Source of the DNA: Malacoraja senta | Taxonomy: Eukaryota | Direction of reading: 5' to 3' | DNA length: 64,000 bases | Assembly (NCBI GenBank): GCA_038087875.1 | Contig: CM075992.1 | Span: forward strand, 3,164,001-3,228,000 | Shown: piece by piece, positions 28,570 through 43,016 of the stretch | How positions within the stretch are numbered: position 1 is the first letter of the stretch | Layout of the letters: the number at the start of each line of letters is the position of its first letter | The notes under the pieces: model-generated | What the model was told of the DNA's origin: nothing | Seen by the model: the letters and a program-made list of their open reading frames with translations, nothing else | Databases searched by the model: none | Translations under genes and position numbers: made by a program

Positions 28570-31500
28570 GTAGAAACGTGTCCTTAGTGTTCAGTGTGTC
28601 GGGGAAGCTCTGTGACCTTTGAACTGTTAGGGTCAGGGTTCGTGCAGTCCAAATGAAGTGGGAGGAGTCGGGAGAGGGTTACTGATAAATGTGATCGGCC
28701 TATTAGGTTGACGGGAACCATTACCTAAAATCAAACCCAGTTTCTACCTTTTGGAGCCAATAATATAGGAGCTCCTTTAGGAGCCAATAATCTCCTAAAA
28801 TTACCGAGTTAATTTTACCAATTTCCTAAAATTACCAAGTTAATTGAAAACACAAAGTTTCATGCCTAATTCACATCCTCACAGTATTTTGACCCTTGAT
28901 TTTCAAATATCGATTGAATAAATTGGCCCTAGGTGCGTGATAGCAGGGGAAAATAAACCTCCATCTTTGCCATTAGAATTTAACAAACAGAGGTCTCAGA
29001 GAGCCTAGAAGTAAGATCTTGCTGCATCTCACAGAAGCGAGCCACTCCTGTGTTCTTCCCCCACCCCACTTCCCTTTAATATGTTCCTATCTCTCCCTCC
29101 CTTTCGAACAGTTTTCAATGGCTCACTGCCATGCTAGCAGCACGGACAAGCAATCTGCCACCTTCTGCTGAGACAGAGTTAGTCGTCAAGGACTATCTTG
29201 TGAGAAATGGTGTGAGGTTCCAAATCCTTCGAAGATTTGGCGCTCATTGTCTTATTAGCTCAGCTTACACTCACTAGCGGTCCCACTAAATTAGGTTTAG
29301 ACATAGGTCTCTTCATTCTTGGAACGTGGATCTCAGTGCAATGCCAGAATTAGTTGTTCACCAAAGATAGACACAAAATGCTGGAGTAACTCAGCGTCTC
29401 TGGAGAGAAGGAATGGGTGATGTTTTTGTGTCGAGTTTCGACGTCTCGGGTCCGCGGAGTTACTCCAGCATTTTGTGTCTATCTTCGGTGTAAACCAGCA
29501 TCTGCAGTTCCTTCCCTCACTTTAGCTGTTCATCCCTAATTGCCCCTGAATTGAGGCAGTGAAGAACCGACCATGTTATTGAGTCGAGAGTCACGTATTG
29601 GCTAGACCAGGCAACGCAGGCAAAATTTCCGTGGCTGAAGGATATTAATGATCTGGATTGATAATTATGGCAACCCAGCAGTAACTAAAGTTGAGGTGAT
29701 TTAATTATTGGAAGTTAAATATCCCCAGCTTCTGTGGTGGGATTCGAACTGAGTTGCTCCAGAGCTCCGGTCCAGTAACATAATAGATGGGATGCTCTAC
29801 TCATAGAACCTGTTAAAATCCTGTGTTCCCCACAAGCCACTAGTTCCCCACAAGCCACTATAATCACACTGGTCCCTTTAAAAAAATTAATAAAGCACTC
29901 TGAATTTAGCAACAATTAGGAAGAGGTTAGACAAAAATGCTGGAGAAACTCAGTCTGAAGAAGGGTCTCGACCGGAAACGTCACCCATTCCTTCGCTCCA
30001 TAAATGCTGCCTCACCCGCTGAGTTTCTCCAGCACTTTTGTCTACCTTCGATTGTTCCAGCATCTGCAGTTCCTTCTTAAACATTAAGAAGAGTTTAGTG
30101 CTTAATAGTCCACTTTCCCCCCCAGTCTCTCTTGAAAGCTCCAATTCTTCAATACAGGGTCTTAGGTACTTTTTTTCTCATGCATTCCCAGTTTTTTAGG
30201 GCATTGTTGGCAAGGCCAGCGTTTATTGCGCATCCCAAATTGTCCTTGAGAAGGTTTTGGTGGGTCACCGCTAACCTTCTGGGGAAAGAGCTCCCACAGT
30301 ACCGTTGGGAAGGGAGTTCCACCAACAATGAAGGGACCATAAGATGGACACAAAATGCTGGAGCAACTCAGGCAGCATGTCTGGAGAGAAGGAATGAGTG
30401 ACGTTTCGGGTCGATAAAAAGGCTTTCGACCCGAAACGTCACCCATTCCTTCTCCCCAGAGATGCTGCCTGTTCCGCTGAGTTACTCCAGCATTTTGTCT
30501 TTATCATCCGTGTAAACTAGCGTCTGCAGTTCCTTCCTCCACGGACCATAATAACTTGCCCAGTTAGAGTGGTTTGCACTTGGAAGGAAACTTAAAGGTC
30601 ACAATGACAAATATCGGCCTGCTATCCTTAATCATGCCTTTTGGCTATCCATCTGAAGTCAGCCTAGTCTAGAGTATTGGCAGATCACTGGGCTGATGGG
30701 ATGAGCAAGAGGCATCAGACCTGACGCTCGCTGATCCTGCCTTGAGTTGACATGCATGGCCCAATATAGGTCACTGAATGGAAATCCAAGACCAAAATCA
30801 TAGCTTTTTCCATTAGGCATTAACCACAACACAAGGTTAGATCGTGTCCTCGGTGTCATGGTAGTCTGTGCCATTGCTCACTGGTCCTTGATAGAACATT
30901 GTCCCCTTAAACCAATTCCAACCTTTAACGGTGTGAGCGTCCAGAGAGGGTCTTGCTCGAAAGATTCAGAGCCGCCCGCATCCTTCTGTTGGGCGTGGCT
31001 TTCGACCTTTGAATAATATCTGGAGCGCATGCATTTAGGATGTGCTGCAGGACCAGCACAGACCGAGGGAGGACCAAAGTGCAGAGTTCCCTTGTCCTAC
31101 ACAGGAGGATCTCCTCTGGAGATTTAACGAGACCAGAGAGGCTGTGAGACCTGATTGATAGATGGAGATAGTAACATTTACCCCACCCTGCCCTAAAACA
31201 GCCCTGGCACTCTGAATATAATCCAGCCCTCTGTAGCTTTGCCAAATCTAAATTGTGACGGAGGGGCAAGAGATACCATTTATTTAATGGATCCAAACAA
31301 TATATTTGTTAAATACATTTAAATAAATAAAGTTGTTGAACAGAAAGCACACTCCCCTTCCTGCGGGTTGCATGACTTCCGTTGTGTGTTTCAGAGAGGG
31401 CAGTTCAATTTCTCTTCAGGTATTTAGGCTGAAGGAGAGTTACAAATTCCTCTCCCAGTTCACCACCTCTCAACGTTTAGCTGTTACTAACTTTTCCAGC

Positions 31501-31812
31501 TTTGACCTGTTTTTTTTTTCTTTTCTTTTCTGTCAATGCAGTTCTAACCTGTATTGGTCCGTTTTATTCCCTCCACATCACACACCTAGTTTATCATGAA
31601 TGCTTGATCCACATCCTGCATGCTGCGGTGTAGAGATGTGCCAACATTGATAGGCAAGCCGTGTGCCAAGCAACGGGGCAATCCCAAACTCTAGCCGTGG
31701 TAGACAAATTGGTGTTGCACATATTATAACAAATTTAATGTATAATATATTTAATGGTACAACACGTATTCCAAGTATGTGAATACTTGGCCAATAAACT
31801 TACTTACTTACT

Positions 31813-31930
31813 TAACACCAAATAAACTGGTGTGTATGACGGCATATTTAAAACCAAATACAGTTGTGCATATGACGGCATATTTAACACCAGATAAATG
31901 TGTGCATACGACCGCATATTTAACACTAAA
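31813..31930. repeat. Degenerate tandem repeat, about 36-bp unit, about 3 copies
   Basis: TAACACCAAATAAACTGGTGTGTATGACGGCATATT and two variants. Confidence 0.75.
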
Positions 31931-32294
31931 CTCAAGTTAATTTATCACTGGAATCTCTATTGTCCAGTAATTAAATGAGACCAGAATATCTTATTCAAAG
32001 TTTCAATGTTGGCACAACAAGGCACCCAACTGAAGCATGAATTTTTCACTTAAAATCACATGAATTCATGATTTCCCTCTCTTTTCCGGCCCATGGATAA
32101 CCTTTCTTTCCTGTTTCCTCTTCCTTCCCAAAGCTCAATTTTTTTTTTTAATTTGGACACAACGCGCCCAGTTTTTTAAGCAGCAGAGATTAGGTTGTGA
32201 TGGTGGCCTTCATGATCTTGTGGCCATAAGGTCATAAGCGATAGGAGCAGAATTAGGCCATTCGGCCCAACAAGTCTACTCCGCCATTCAATCA

Positions 32295-32494
32295 NNNNNN
32301 NNNNNNNNNNNNNNNNNNNNNNNNNNNNNNNNNNNNNNNNNNNNNNNNNNNNNNNNNNNNNNNNNNNNNNNNNNNNNNNNNNNNNNNNNNNNNNNNNNNN
32401 NNNNNNNNNNNNNNNNNNNNNNNNNNNNNNNNNNNNNNNNNNNNNNNNNNNNNNNNNNNNNNNNNNNNNNNNNNNNNNNNNNNNNNNNNNNNNN
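32295..32494. other. Assembly gap (200 N)
   Basis: Run of N. Confidence 0.99.
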
Positions 32495-35047
32495 GGCTGA
32501 ATTTTCCCAGGTGATATATTGGTGCCTGTGAATTTCCCACCAGCTTATTTGCTGCGGTTAATGCCTTCCGTATCATGTTCCCTCCTATGGTGAACGTGCT
32601 GAGATCTCACACTGGACACATGTACGAGACTGGGCCAGTTACTGCTCTCAGCCTTCAGTCAGTTCACATTGGTGAAGCCATCCATCAATACCCAGTGTTA
32701 CAACCAACCTGTCCAACAACACTAAGCGTTATTTACACATAGAACACATTGAAGCAAATGGCCATAGATAAAAACATGGAAAAATAGGTGCAGGAGTAGG
32801 CCATTCGGCCCTTCAAGCCAGCACCGCCATTCAATATGATCATGGCTGATCATCTAAAATCAGCTATTCTCCCATATTTCGTTAAAGGAGGTTTCACCTA
32901 TTTTAAGCATCTTTCACACCCCTTTCTGGACACCCCAAAGAGCTTTAAAATCATTTAAGTGCTTTAAAATTGTGGTCGCCCTTGGGATGAAGGTAAAACC
33001 AGATCACGCATGGTACACTCCAGTGAACAGCATGGTGCAAGTTGGTGCCTTGAGGAAAACAGCAGAGGAAACTGGGGGAAGAGGGGGACTCAGTCTCAGG
33101 CTCGGAGCAAATGAATCCAGAGGGCTCAGTCTCTCCCAGTTGTGGATGTGGCCTAACATGTAGGGGTGGTGCGAGGGTCCGTGCTGCTATGGATTTTTCC
33201 AAGGCACTCATGATAATGTCTAAGGCAGAGTCTGACCTGAGATGGCAAAGCAAAACACTGTTTGTAAACTATCAAAAGTTTTTTTGAGCTGGCCGTCCAA
33301 TTTCCTGCCAATGGAAATGTTGTTACAATCTGGAATTGTGATTGTAGATTAATTGATCGAATTTGCCCCAGTGTTGCCGCTGGTTTTTAATTTTGTTTTA
33401 TTGCTTCTGGCTGCACCTGCATTCACTTTGGCTCATTGGTTAGGGGGGACTTTGGAGCAGACTTTTATCCCAAGTGATGTTCTCCCACATTGGCGTCAAG
33501 GGGGAAGTTTGTGCGCTCTTTTTGCTTCTCCCGATGTACGTGGTCAATAAAGGACGGCAGCGTCGCGATTTGAAGAAAGTTCCGAAAATGACGGGGAAAG
33601 GTTTACCCCGGACTTCATTGCTGCCTCTTGCCTTCAAAGCACTGAAAAGATGCTCATTGCCGCATGATTTTTTTTTAATGAATGCTTCGGGTTCAGATGA
33701 CATTCATTTACTAAGGGGGTCATTCAACATTGGATCTGTGAGCAGGTTGTGAAATCCTGGGAAGACAGATTTGAGATATTTAAAAAAAAATATATTATTT
33801 CACTGGCAGGCCTCTTCCAATCAATTTATACAGGCATTGGGATTCCAGGAATCCAATTGTATCCCATTTCTACTTGATTTATCCTAAATCCTGAGTCATT
33901 GGGTGAGGGCCCAGCTAGTTGTCCACCACCAATGTGGCTCTGAATTCACCTCTGAGGCAGGCTGTTATGTTGGTGTGAGATGGGTATCTCCCTGGCAGCA
34001 TGGATACCAGTTACTGCAAATGCGAATGGGAATAGCAAGCATGCTATGGCCATGCCCATGGCAACACATCAGGGCAATATATTGAAAGTCAGTCATTGTT
34101 AAACATCCAGTTTGAACCCTATTGGCAATGATAACCTTTCCCCAATGTAATCATGGGCTGCAGGTACCTGTGGCAAGGCCAGCATTTATTGTCCATCCTT
34201 AAATTATCCTCAACCAGATAGTTTGGGTGCTGGAGTCACAATTAGACCAGAGCAGATCAGGCTGGGAGATGCCCCTGCCAGGTGGTTAGTGGGGCAACTG
34301 AACTAGATGGGATTTTACAGCAATCTGCTATTGCTGGCATTCGACGTCTATGTAAGATCTATTGAATTGATATTAAGTTGGAATTGAACTCACGCCCCTG
34401 GGCAGTCAGTCAGAAATGACGTGACCTTTTATGCAACAATGTTCTTCGGGTGGCTATTTTAAAGGACATACCATGGTTAATATTTTTAAGGCGACAAGTT
34501 CTTTGGTATATTTTTCCTTACAACTTCCTGCCCTCTCTCTCTCTTCTATCTTCTCTCATTTCTCCTCTCCTCCCCCTCTCTCCTCTCTCTCTCTTTCTCT
34601 CTCCCTGGCAGTTGAGATCTTCTAAAGTTTGAGGGCACCTTAGTTGAGGTTTGCACGAGTAGCTGTGATTGTCTATTCCTCCCTCCCTGTGGGAAGAGAA
34701 GTCTCCAGCCTTGGACTAACGGCTGCCTGATCCCATTATCCCTCTCCCCAGCCCCCCCCCCCCCCACCCCCCCACACACACACACACACACACACACACA
34801 GTCTGAAAAAGGGTCTCGACCCGAAACGCCACCTATTCCTTCACTCCACTCCACAGATGCTGCCTCACCCGCTGAGTTTCTCCAGCATTTTAATCGACCT
34901 CAGATATCCCATTACCTCAGTTTAAACTCCCCAAAAATGACTAAACTTGAATATTTCAGATTAAAAAATGCAAACATAAAGAATAATCTTTCCCGAAGCA
35001 TTTTAAAAATATTGGGGCAGAAAATATTCATTCCTAACTTTCACTCA

Positions 35048-36621
35048 TCCAGTCTCTGACAGTTATCTCCACTGAGATAATTCTCAGACGTCAAATCTAC
35101 CAAAGCCATCAATTGAGTCCAGCTCTGATAGTTGGGTATAATATTTGTTCTTGTCCTCCAATTTGCTATTGGCATTTTCGATTGCGTTTTATTGGGATAC
35201 TGAATCTCCAATTGGAATTAGATGAGGTTCGTCATTATGCTATAATATTGATAAGCAGTATTACCGGGGTACAACCCACACATGTTTATTGTCATGGAGC
35301 TATGGTGTTAAATGACCTCCTGCTTCCCAACATCTGGAGTGGACGGGGAAGTAAATGAATCTTTCTTCAGCATCACATTCTGAATCTGATTTCTTCATTC
35401 CATAAGTCTGTCTGATGCCAGCACTAGGCCATGTTGTATCTCACACAGAACCGAACGCCATTACTATTTCAGCGCATGGAACCAGCGTCACCTACCCAGG
35501 AGATGGAGCCGGGGCAGAGTGCCTTGCCGGAGCAGCCGCACGTCTCTGGGGACGCCCTGTAAGTTCCCAATGCCAATGAGTTGATGAGTGTGTCAAATCA
35601 CCAGAGGAACGCATCGGGTAGAGTCTCTTGCCCAGAGTAGGGGAATCGAGGACCAGAGGACATAGGTTTACGGTGAAGGGGGAAAAGATTTAATAGGAAT
35701 CTGAGGGGTAACTTTTTCACACCAAGAGTGGTGGGTGTATGGAACGAGCCGCCAGAGGAGGTAGTTGAGGCTGGGACTATCCCAACGTTTAAGAAACAGT
35801 TAGACAGGTACATGGACGGGACAGGTTTGGAGGGATATGGACCAAATGGGACCAGTGTACTTGGGACATGTTGCCCAATGTGGGCAATAGACAATAGGTG
35901 CAGGAGTAGGCCATTTGGCCCTTCGATCCCATTCAATGTGATCATGGCTGATCATCCCCAATCAGTACCCCGTTCCTGCCTTCTCCCCATATCCCCTGAC
36001 TCCGCCATCTTTAAGATCCCTATCTAGCTCTTGTTGGGCCGAAGGGCCTGTTTTCACACTGTATCACTCTATGGACTCTATGAGTTCATTCATAAAGTAT
36101 TGAGTCCTTGGAATTAACAGGCTAAAGGAATTTAATGCTGCAAAATTGAGTGGATCATTAGGTTAGTATATAAAGCGCCAGTAAATCCCTATAGAAATGG
36201 TTATGCAGAAGAATCGCTCGTCAAATGGCACAGTGAAATGTGTAAATTATATGTACTTTTAAAGTTTATGGCTGTAACTTATTTCTTTAGTTTTGCTTTC
36301 ATCTGCCTCAACCCATTGGATTTGTACTCTAGAGTACAGAGACTGAGCCAATTTGCACTAATGTGATTGATATCTCAATTTATCCAACCTTCTGCAGGAT
36401 CCACAGGCTAGATGGTAGAAGGAAATTTACTCCTAACTCCAGTCTGACAATTATCTCCACTGAGATCATTCTCAGACGTCTAAGCTCTTAAGAATCTACC
36501 ATAAATTGAGTCCAGCTCTGATAGTTGGCAATACTATTTGTTATTGTCCTCCAATTTGTTATTGGCATTTTAGATTGAGTTTTACTGGGATACTGAAATC
36601 CCAATTGGATTGGAATTAGAT
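35048..36621 (+). repeat. Diverged direct repeat pair of about 180 bp (35048-35223 and 36438-36621) flanking exon 41
   Basis: Shared TTATCTCCACTGAGA..ATTCTCAGACGTC...AATTGAGTCCAGCTCTGATAGTTGG...TTGTCCTCCAATTTG...GGGATACTGAA...GGAATTAGAT. Confidence 0.85.
35449..35558 (+). CDS. CACNA1A: CACNA1A exon 41 equivalent (C-terminal tail), 110 bp
   Basis: acacag|AAC CGA ACG ... GCC CT|gtaagt; [36 protein letters not shown](L). Confidence 0.92.
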
Positions 36622-37667
36622 TTACATCCCTTCCACGTTTGGGTTTAGGCATAGGTACATAATTGTACCAGGATCTGTACTCAGTTTCGATTCCCAGTTT
36701 GGGATAAATCTCCGAGTTTAGATTGGGATTTGTACTCAGTTGGGTCAAATACCCATTTCAATTTCGGACTGAATATCATTTGATTCCTATTTAAGTCGAA
36801 TTACACATGTTGTTGATGTTGGACTTTGTTTTAATCGACATTTCTCAATGTTCTTGCAGAGTTAGTCGAAATAGTTATTCAGTATCAGTGGAGTCAGATA
36901 TTCAGATAACAATTCCACTCAATTACGATTGACATGAGCTTCTTCCGTACATCACACCCCATCAATATAGCCCACTATTCTTTTCACCCTTCACTGTTTA
37001 CCAAGGTACTCTTTGAATACGTTCTACAATTCACCCCTCGAGCCCTCCGCCCCACTCCCTATAGGAATTAATTCCACCTACCCACCAGTTTATTTCTCTG
37101 AAACAGTGTGATTTTTTGCTTTAATAACATTTAGTGCAAGATAAAGCCAGTAAAGTCCAATCAAAGATAGTCTGAGGGCCACCAATGACGTAGATAGTAG
37201 TTCAGGAAAGCTCTCTGGTTGTGGTAGGATGATTCAGTTGCCTGACCACAGCAGGAAAGAAACTGTCCCTGAATCTGGAGGTGTGCGTTTTCACACTTCT
37301 ATACATTTAATTGAAGATAGACACAAAAAGCTGGAGTAACTCGGCGGGACAAGTAGCATCTCTGGAGAGAAGGAATGGGTGACGTTTCGGGTTGAGACCC
37401 TACTTCAAACTGGTTCGGGATAAGGCAAACAATCTCTCTAACCCTAACCAGTCTGAAGAAGGGTCTCAACTCAAAACGTCACATTCCTTCTGTTCAGAGA
37501 TGCTGCCTGCCCCGCTGAGTTACTCCAGCATTCTGTGTCTATATTCAGGGTTAATACTTCGTAGGCAAGGTGATGTTCTGGTACTGAGATGTTCTGCCAA
37601 CTATTGACTAGTTTCATCGCTGTATGAAATAATATGTTTACTAAATGTGTTATTCCTCTGCCCAAAG

Positions 37668-37803
37668 ACCACAAGATGGGGTTATGAAGGAGAGTCAATC
37701 TTGGGTGACCGATCGAGCTCAAAAAATGTTTCAGCAGACAGGGGCGTGGAGTCCTGAAAGAGGTCGATCAGAGGATATAGAAGACATTCAGCCAAACTCT
37801 CAG
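37668..37803 (+). CDS. CACNA1A: CACNA1A exon 42 equivalent, 136 bp
   Basis: cccaaag|A CCA CAA GAT ... TCT CAG|gtacag; [45 protein letters not shown]. The acceptor was chosen by phase with exon 41. Confidence 0.87.
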
Positions 37804-37874
37804 GTACAGGCTACAAAACATACCTCACTGTTGCATGACTTAATATCACAGTGGCTAACTAGCACACTCTAGTG

Positions 37875-38044
37875 CAGTGGTTCTTAATCTTTTTGGCATA
37901 CGTACGCGCATACGCGGACAAAATACCGTGTGTACCTTTGTTAGGTTCCTAAAAGTGGACTCAACAAATGGATATGCTATTTATGACCCCTTCATGTCCC
38001 CCCGGTAAAGCCCCAAAATGACGCCCCCAGGATAAGAACCACTG
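37875..38044. mobile_element. hAT (Charlie-like) MITE, 170 bp
   Basis: TIR CAGTGGTTCTTA / TAAGAACCACTG, perfect 8-bp TSD CTCTAGTG. Confidence 0.9.
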
Positions 38045-38599
38045 CTCTAGTGTCCGTTGGCTATTTGTTTAGTGTTCAGCAAAGAATGGCCATCCACATT
38101 GAAACCGAGTTTGAGGCCGGCTCATATAGTGTGCCGTTGAATAGACTGTTGCTCAGAATTTGCAGTCAGTAATAAGGAATAGACAATAGACAATAGGTGC
38201 AGGAGTAGGCCCTTTGAGCCAGCACCACCATACAATGTGATCATGGCTGATCAAGGAAACAGGACAACATCTCTGAGCTAAATCGAAAAAACTTGCCCAC
38301 AACTATACCGGAAGTCTTCTGGTATAGATTTTCCTATTCCCAACTCTTTATGTTTTCTGGTGTAAATTGAAGACAATCCCTCGTGCTCAGTGACTGTGAT
38401 GGATCAAGCCCTTTCGTGTAGATTACTGGCACTAAGAATCAAAGGGGTGTTGATGGGCATGTTTGAGAGAAAATATGTCCCAGGAGTACATTAAATAAGG
38501 AGTAAAGTAATGGAGCTTGCAGGTATGGAGCTCGCAATGTTGCTGGTGCTATCACTGTTTAAGAAACATTTGGACAGGTACATGGAAAAGACAGGTTTA

Positions 38600-39192
38600 G
38601 AGGAATATAGGAGCAAAGAGGTCCTTCTGCAGTTGTAGTGGGACCACACCTGGAGTATTGTGTGCAGTTTTGGTCCCTAATTTGAGGAAGGACATTCTTG
38701 CTATTGAGGGAGTGCAGCGTAGGTTTACAAGGTTAATTCCCGGGATGGCGGGACTGACATATGCTGAGAGAATGGAGCGGCTGGGCTTGTACACTCTGGA
38801 GTTTAGAAGGATGAGAGGGAATCTTATTGAAACATATAAGATTGTTAAGGGTTTGGACACGCTAGAGGCAGGAAACATGTTCCCGATGTTGGGGGAGTCC
38901 AGAACCAGGGGCCACACAGTTTAAGAATAAGGAGTAAGCCATTTAGAACGGAGACGAGGAAACACGTTTTCCCACAGAGAGTGGTGAGTCTGTGGAATTC
39001 TCTGCCTCAGAGGGCGGTGGAGGCAGGTTCTCTGGATGCTTTCAAGAGAGAGCTAGATAGGGCTCTTAAAAATAGCGGAGTCAGGGGATATGGGGAGAAG
39101 GCAGGAACGGGGTACTGATTGGGATGATCAGCCATGATCGCATTGAATGGCGGTGCTGGCCTACTCCTGCACCTATTGTCTATTGTCTATTA
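38600..39192 (+). mobile_element. CR1-type LINE 3' fragment
   Basis: PNLRKDILAIEGVQRRFTRLIPGMAGLTYAERMERLGLYTLEFRRMRG..., tandem-repeat tail. Confidence 0.9.
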
Positions 39193-41127
39193 TCTATGGA
39201 TATGGGCCAAATGCAGGCAGGTGGGATTAGTATAGATGGGAGTATTGGGCAAGTTGGGTCGAAGGGCCTGTTTCCACGCTGTGTGATTATGTCTCTAACT
39301 ACATCTCCTAGAATCCCACAAGATGGCTTTAGGATTAGCTGTATGACTGACCATATGACTCCATCACGCTAACTAATATGATACCCTAGGAGCTGCCGTA
39401 GACCTCTCTATGTCATTATAAGTATAAGCTGACTGGCTATCCAATTAAAAAATTCGCACAGACTGCAGTCAACAACAAAAAATCCAATATTTGAAAAACA
39501 AACCAAAATAATGTGCTGGGAATACCTGGCAGATCACGCAGCATCTGTGCGGAGAGAAGAAGATTTCATTCAGTTCAATGATCTTTCATTTGATCTTCTG
39601 AGTGTCCCAACATTTTCTATATTTATAGCAAAATCACAATGTATTTTATTCATCTAAAAATATTTTTCAGAGCACAAGGTAAAGTGTAAAGCGTAGATTG
39701 CAGAAATGCTGAAATATCATCAACAACAATTGTTTGAGTCTTGTACGTAAGGGAATTAAAATCCACATGTTTCAAATTGGATTTTTGGATCTGATGCTTT
39801 GGCTGGCAAGTTTGAGCTCGGTTGTAACATGTTTACCGATGCTAGACACAAAAAGCTGGAGTAACTCAGCGGGTCAGAGGAGAGAAGGCATAGGTGACGT
39901 TTCGGGTCGAGACCCTTCTTCAGACTGAGAGTCAGGGGAAAGGGAAACGAGAGATATAGACGGTGATGTGGAGAGATAGAGAACAAACGAATGAAAGATA
40001 TGCTAAAAAGTAGCGATGATAAAGGAGACAGGGAGTTAGCTAGGGACTAGGTGGAAACGGGTTACTGACAATGAGACTCAACAAGACGCCAGTACGACTT
40101 GGGTGGGGAGGGATGGAGAGAAGGGGGATGGATGCAAGGGTTACTTGATGTTAGAGAAATCAATATTCATATGTCTGGGTTGTAAGCTCTGTGGGTCTTG
40201 TCAATAGATAATAGACAATAGGTGCAGGAGTAGGCCATTCGGCCCTTTGAGCCAGCATCGCCATTCAATGTGATCATGGCTGATCATCCCCAATCAGTAC
40301 CCCGTTCCTGCCTTCTCCCCATATCCCCTGACTCCGCTATTTTTAAGAGCCCTATCTAGCTCTCTCTTGAAAGCATCCAGAGAACCTGCCTCCACCGCCC
40401 TCTGAGGCAGAGAATTCCACAGACTCAGCACTCTCTGTGAGAAAAAAGTGTTTCCTCGTCTCCATTCTAAATGGCTTACTCCTTATTCTTATGTTTGTCA
40501 TTTCATTGTGGGTCTAGTTTGGAAATTCCCAGAGATTTCATTTGATTGCAGAGCAGATGGCTGCTAACAGCACAGCCTGCAAGGAATGCTGAATCACTCA
40601 GAGAAATGCTGGGATTTCTGAATTATTCACCACATGCATATGAAAGCCACAGTCACTGTCAGGGTGATAATGGTAAATGTCGTTATTTAAAATAATGGCA
40701 TCGACTTTGTTGCAGCCATCTTATAACTAAAATAATCCAGGCATGGCTGCTTTCTGCAAGTGTCTTAGTTGTGCATTCAGAATAGGTTCCTGCGCTGTTA
40801 TCCAAGAGTCAAGAGTGTTTCATTGTCATATATCCCTGATAGAACAATTAAATTCTTACTTGCTGCAGCACAACAGAATGTGTCAACACAGTACACTGTA
40901 AACAATATACAAGAAAAAAAAGTTCAGTGTGTGTGTGTATATATAGATATATAGACAATAGACAATAGGTGCAGGAGTAGGCCATTGGGCCCTTCGAGCC
41001 AGCACCGCCATTCAATGTGATCATGGCTGATCATCCCCAATCAGTACCCCGTTCCTGCCTTCTCCCCATATCCCCTGACTCCGCTATCTTTATCCAACTC
41101 TCTATCCAACTTTCTCTTGAAAGCATA

Positions 41128-41226
41128 GACACATCTACACACACACATACACATACTGTATACACACACATACACACACACACACACCTACACACACACA
41201 TACACACACACTGTATATACATACAC

Positions 41227-41275
<49 letters not shown>

Positions 41276-41298
41276 TACACACATACACTGTATACACG

Positions 41299-41331
<33 letters not shown>

Positions 41332-41372
41332 TGTATATACACACACACACACACACACATACACACACACAA

Positions 41373-41441
<69 letters not shown>

Positions 41442-41800
41442 TACACACACATATACACACACACAAACACACACAAACACACACTGTATACACACACACA
41501 TATACAAACACACACTGTATACACACATACACTGTATATACACACACACACACATATACACACTCACTGCATACACACACATACACTGTATATACACACA
41601 CACACTGTATACACACACACGCACAAACACACACACAAACACACACTGTATACACACATACACTGTATATACACACACACACATACACACACATATACAC
41701 ACACTCACTGCATACACACACATACACTGTATATACACACACACATATATATATGCACACACACACACATATGCATATATACACACACACATATACATAG
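41128..41800. repeat. Compound (CA)n / (TACA)n microsatellite, about 670 bp
   Basis: Direct reading; recurring ACTGTATA interruptions. Confidence 0.98.
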
Positions 41801-43016
41801 ATATATAAAATCAAACAACATTAGTGCACTAATAGCAATAATAGAGTATGTACTGTACTTCAGAGCTTATTGGACATTACATTTTTCAGGCTCCTATACC
41901 TTCTTCCAATGGCAGGGGTGAAATGTCAAGCTATATCAAATGCTGAAATGCCAAGTACTGGTTATTGTAGTTAGTTTAGTTCAGTTTAGTTTATTGTCAC
42001 GTGTACCGAGGTACAGTAAAAAGCTTTTGTTGCGTGCTAACCAGTCAGCGAAAAGACAATACATGATTACAGTCGAGCCACTGTAAACAGTGTACAGATA
42101 CATGACAAAGGGTATAAGAAGAGAATAGTTAAAGTAAGCAATGTTGCTGTAGGAGTAAAGGTTTAAGAGAGTGGAGCAATTATGATTGCAGATCCACTTC
42201 TGTGACTAACACACAAAGAGTCCCCTGGGTTGGGCACCATCTTGTTGTTGTCAATGTTTTCCAACACGTTGACTCTCGTGGTATTTTCTTATTTAAAGAC
42301 TTGCATTTATATCGCACCTTGTCGCATTGTTTAGAAACATGCAAAGTGCTGCAGGTGTTATGAATTATTTTGAAATGCACTGAATGTTGTCAAGCAGGCA
42401 AATATGAGATTTGCTTTGTGTACATGTGATAGAAAATGGCTGTTTCCGCTCGTAAAGACCACGAGGAATGTGGTGAGCAGGATACAATTCACATGGAACA
42501 TCTCTGGAGAGAAGGAATAGGCCACGTTTCGGGTCGAGACTGATGTGAGGGGGATGGGGGGGGGGGCGGGACAAAGATAGAATGTAGTCGCAGACAGTGG
42601 GACTGGTGGGAGAACTGGGAAGGGGGAGGGGATGGAGAGAGAAAGCAAGGGCTATCTGAAGTTAGAGAAGTCAACGTTCATACCGCTGGGGTGTAAACTA
42701 CCCAAGCGAAACCCTTCCCTCACATCAGTCTGCAGAAGGGTCCCGACCCAAAACTTCACCCATTCCTCCTCTCCAGAGATGCTGCTTGACCCGCTGAGTT
42801 ACTCCAGCATTTTGTGTCTACCTTCGATTTTACCAGCATCTGCAGTTCTTTCTCACTAAAATTCACATGGTTTCAGATTCGGAACTCTGCCTCGACTGAT
42901 TGATTGATGGATATTTTGTTGTTGCATGTTTCATGCCACAGTGAGGTTTTTAGTTTTGCCCACCGTATACACAAGGTATGCAAAGAATCGCCGCGTCTAG
43001 GACACCGGCAAAGTTA

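Noticed and set aside
41017..41814. Long His/Thr- and Val/Cys-rich ORFs (up to 263 aa)
   Set aside because: Translation artefacts of a (CA)n-type microsatellite
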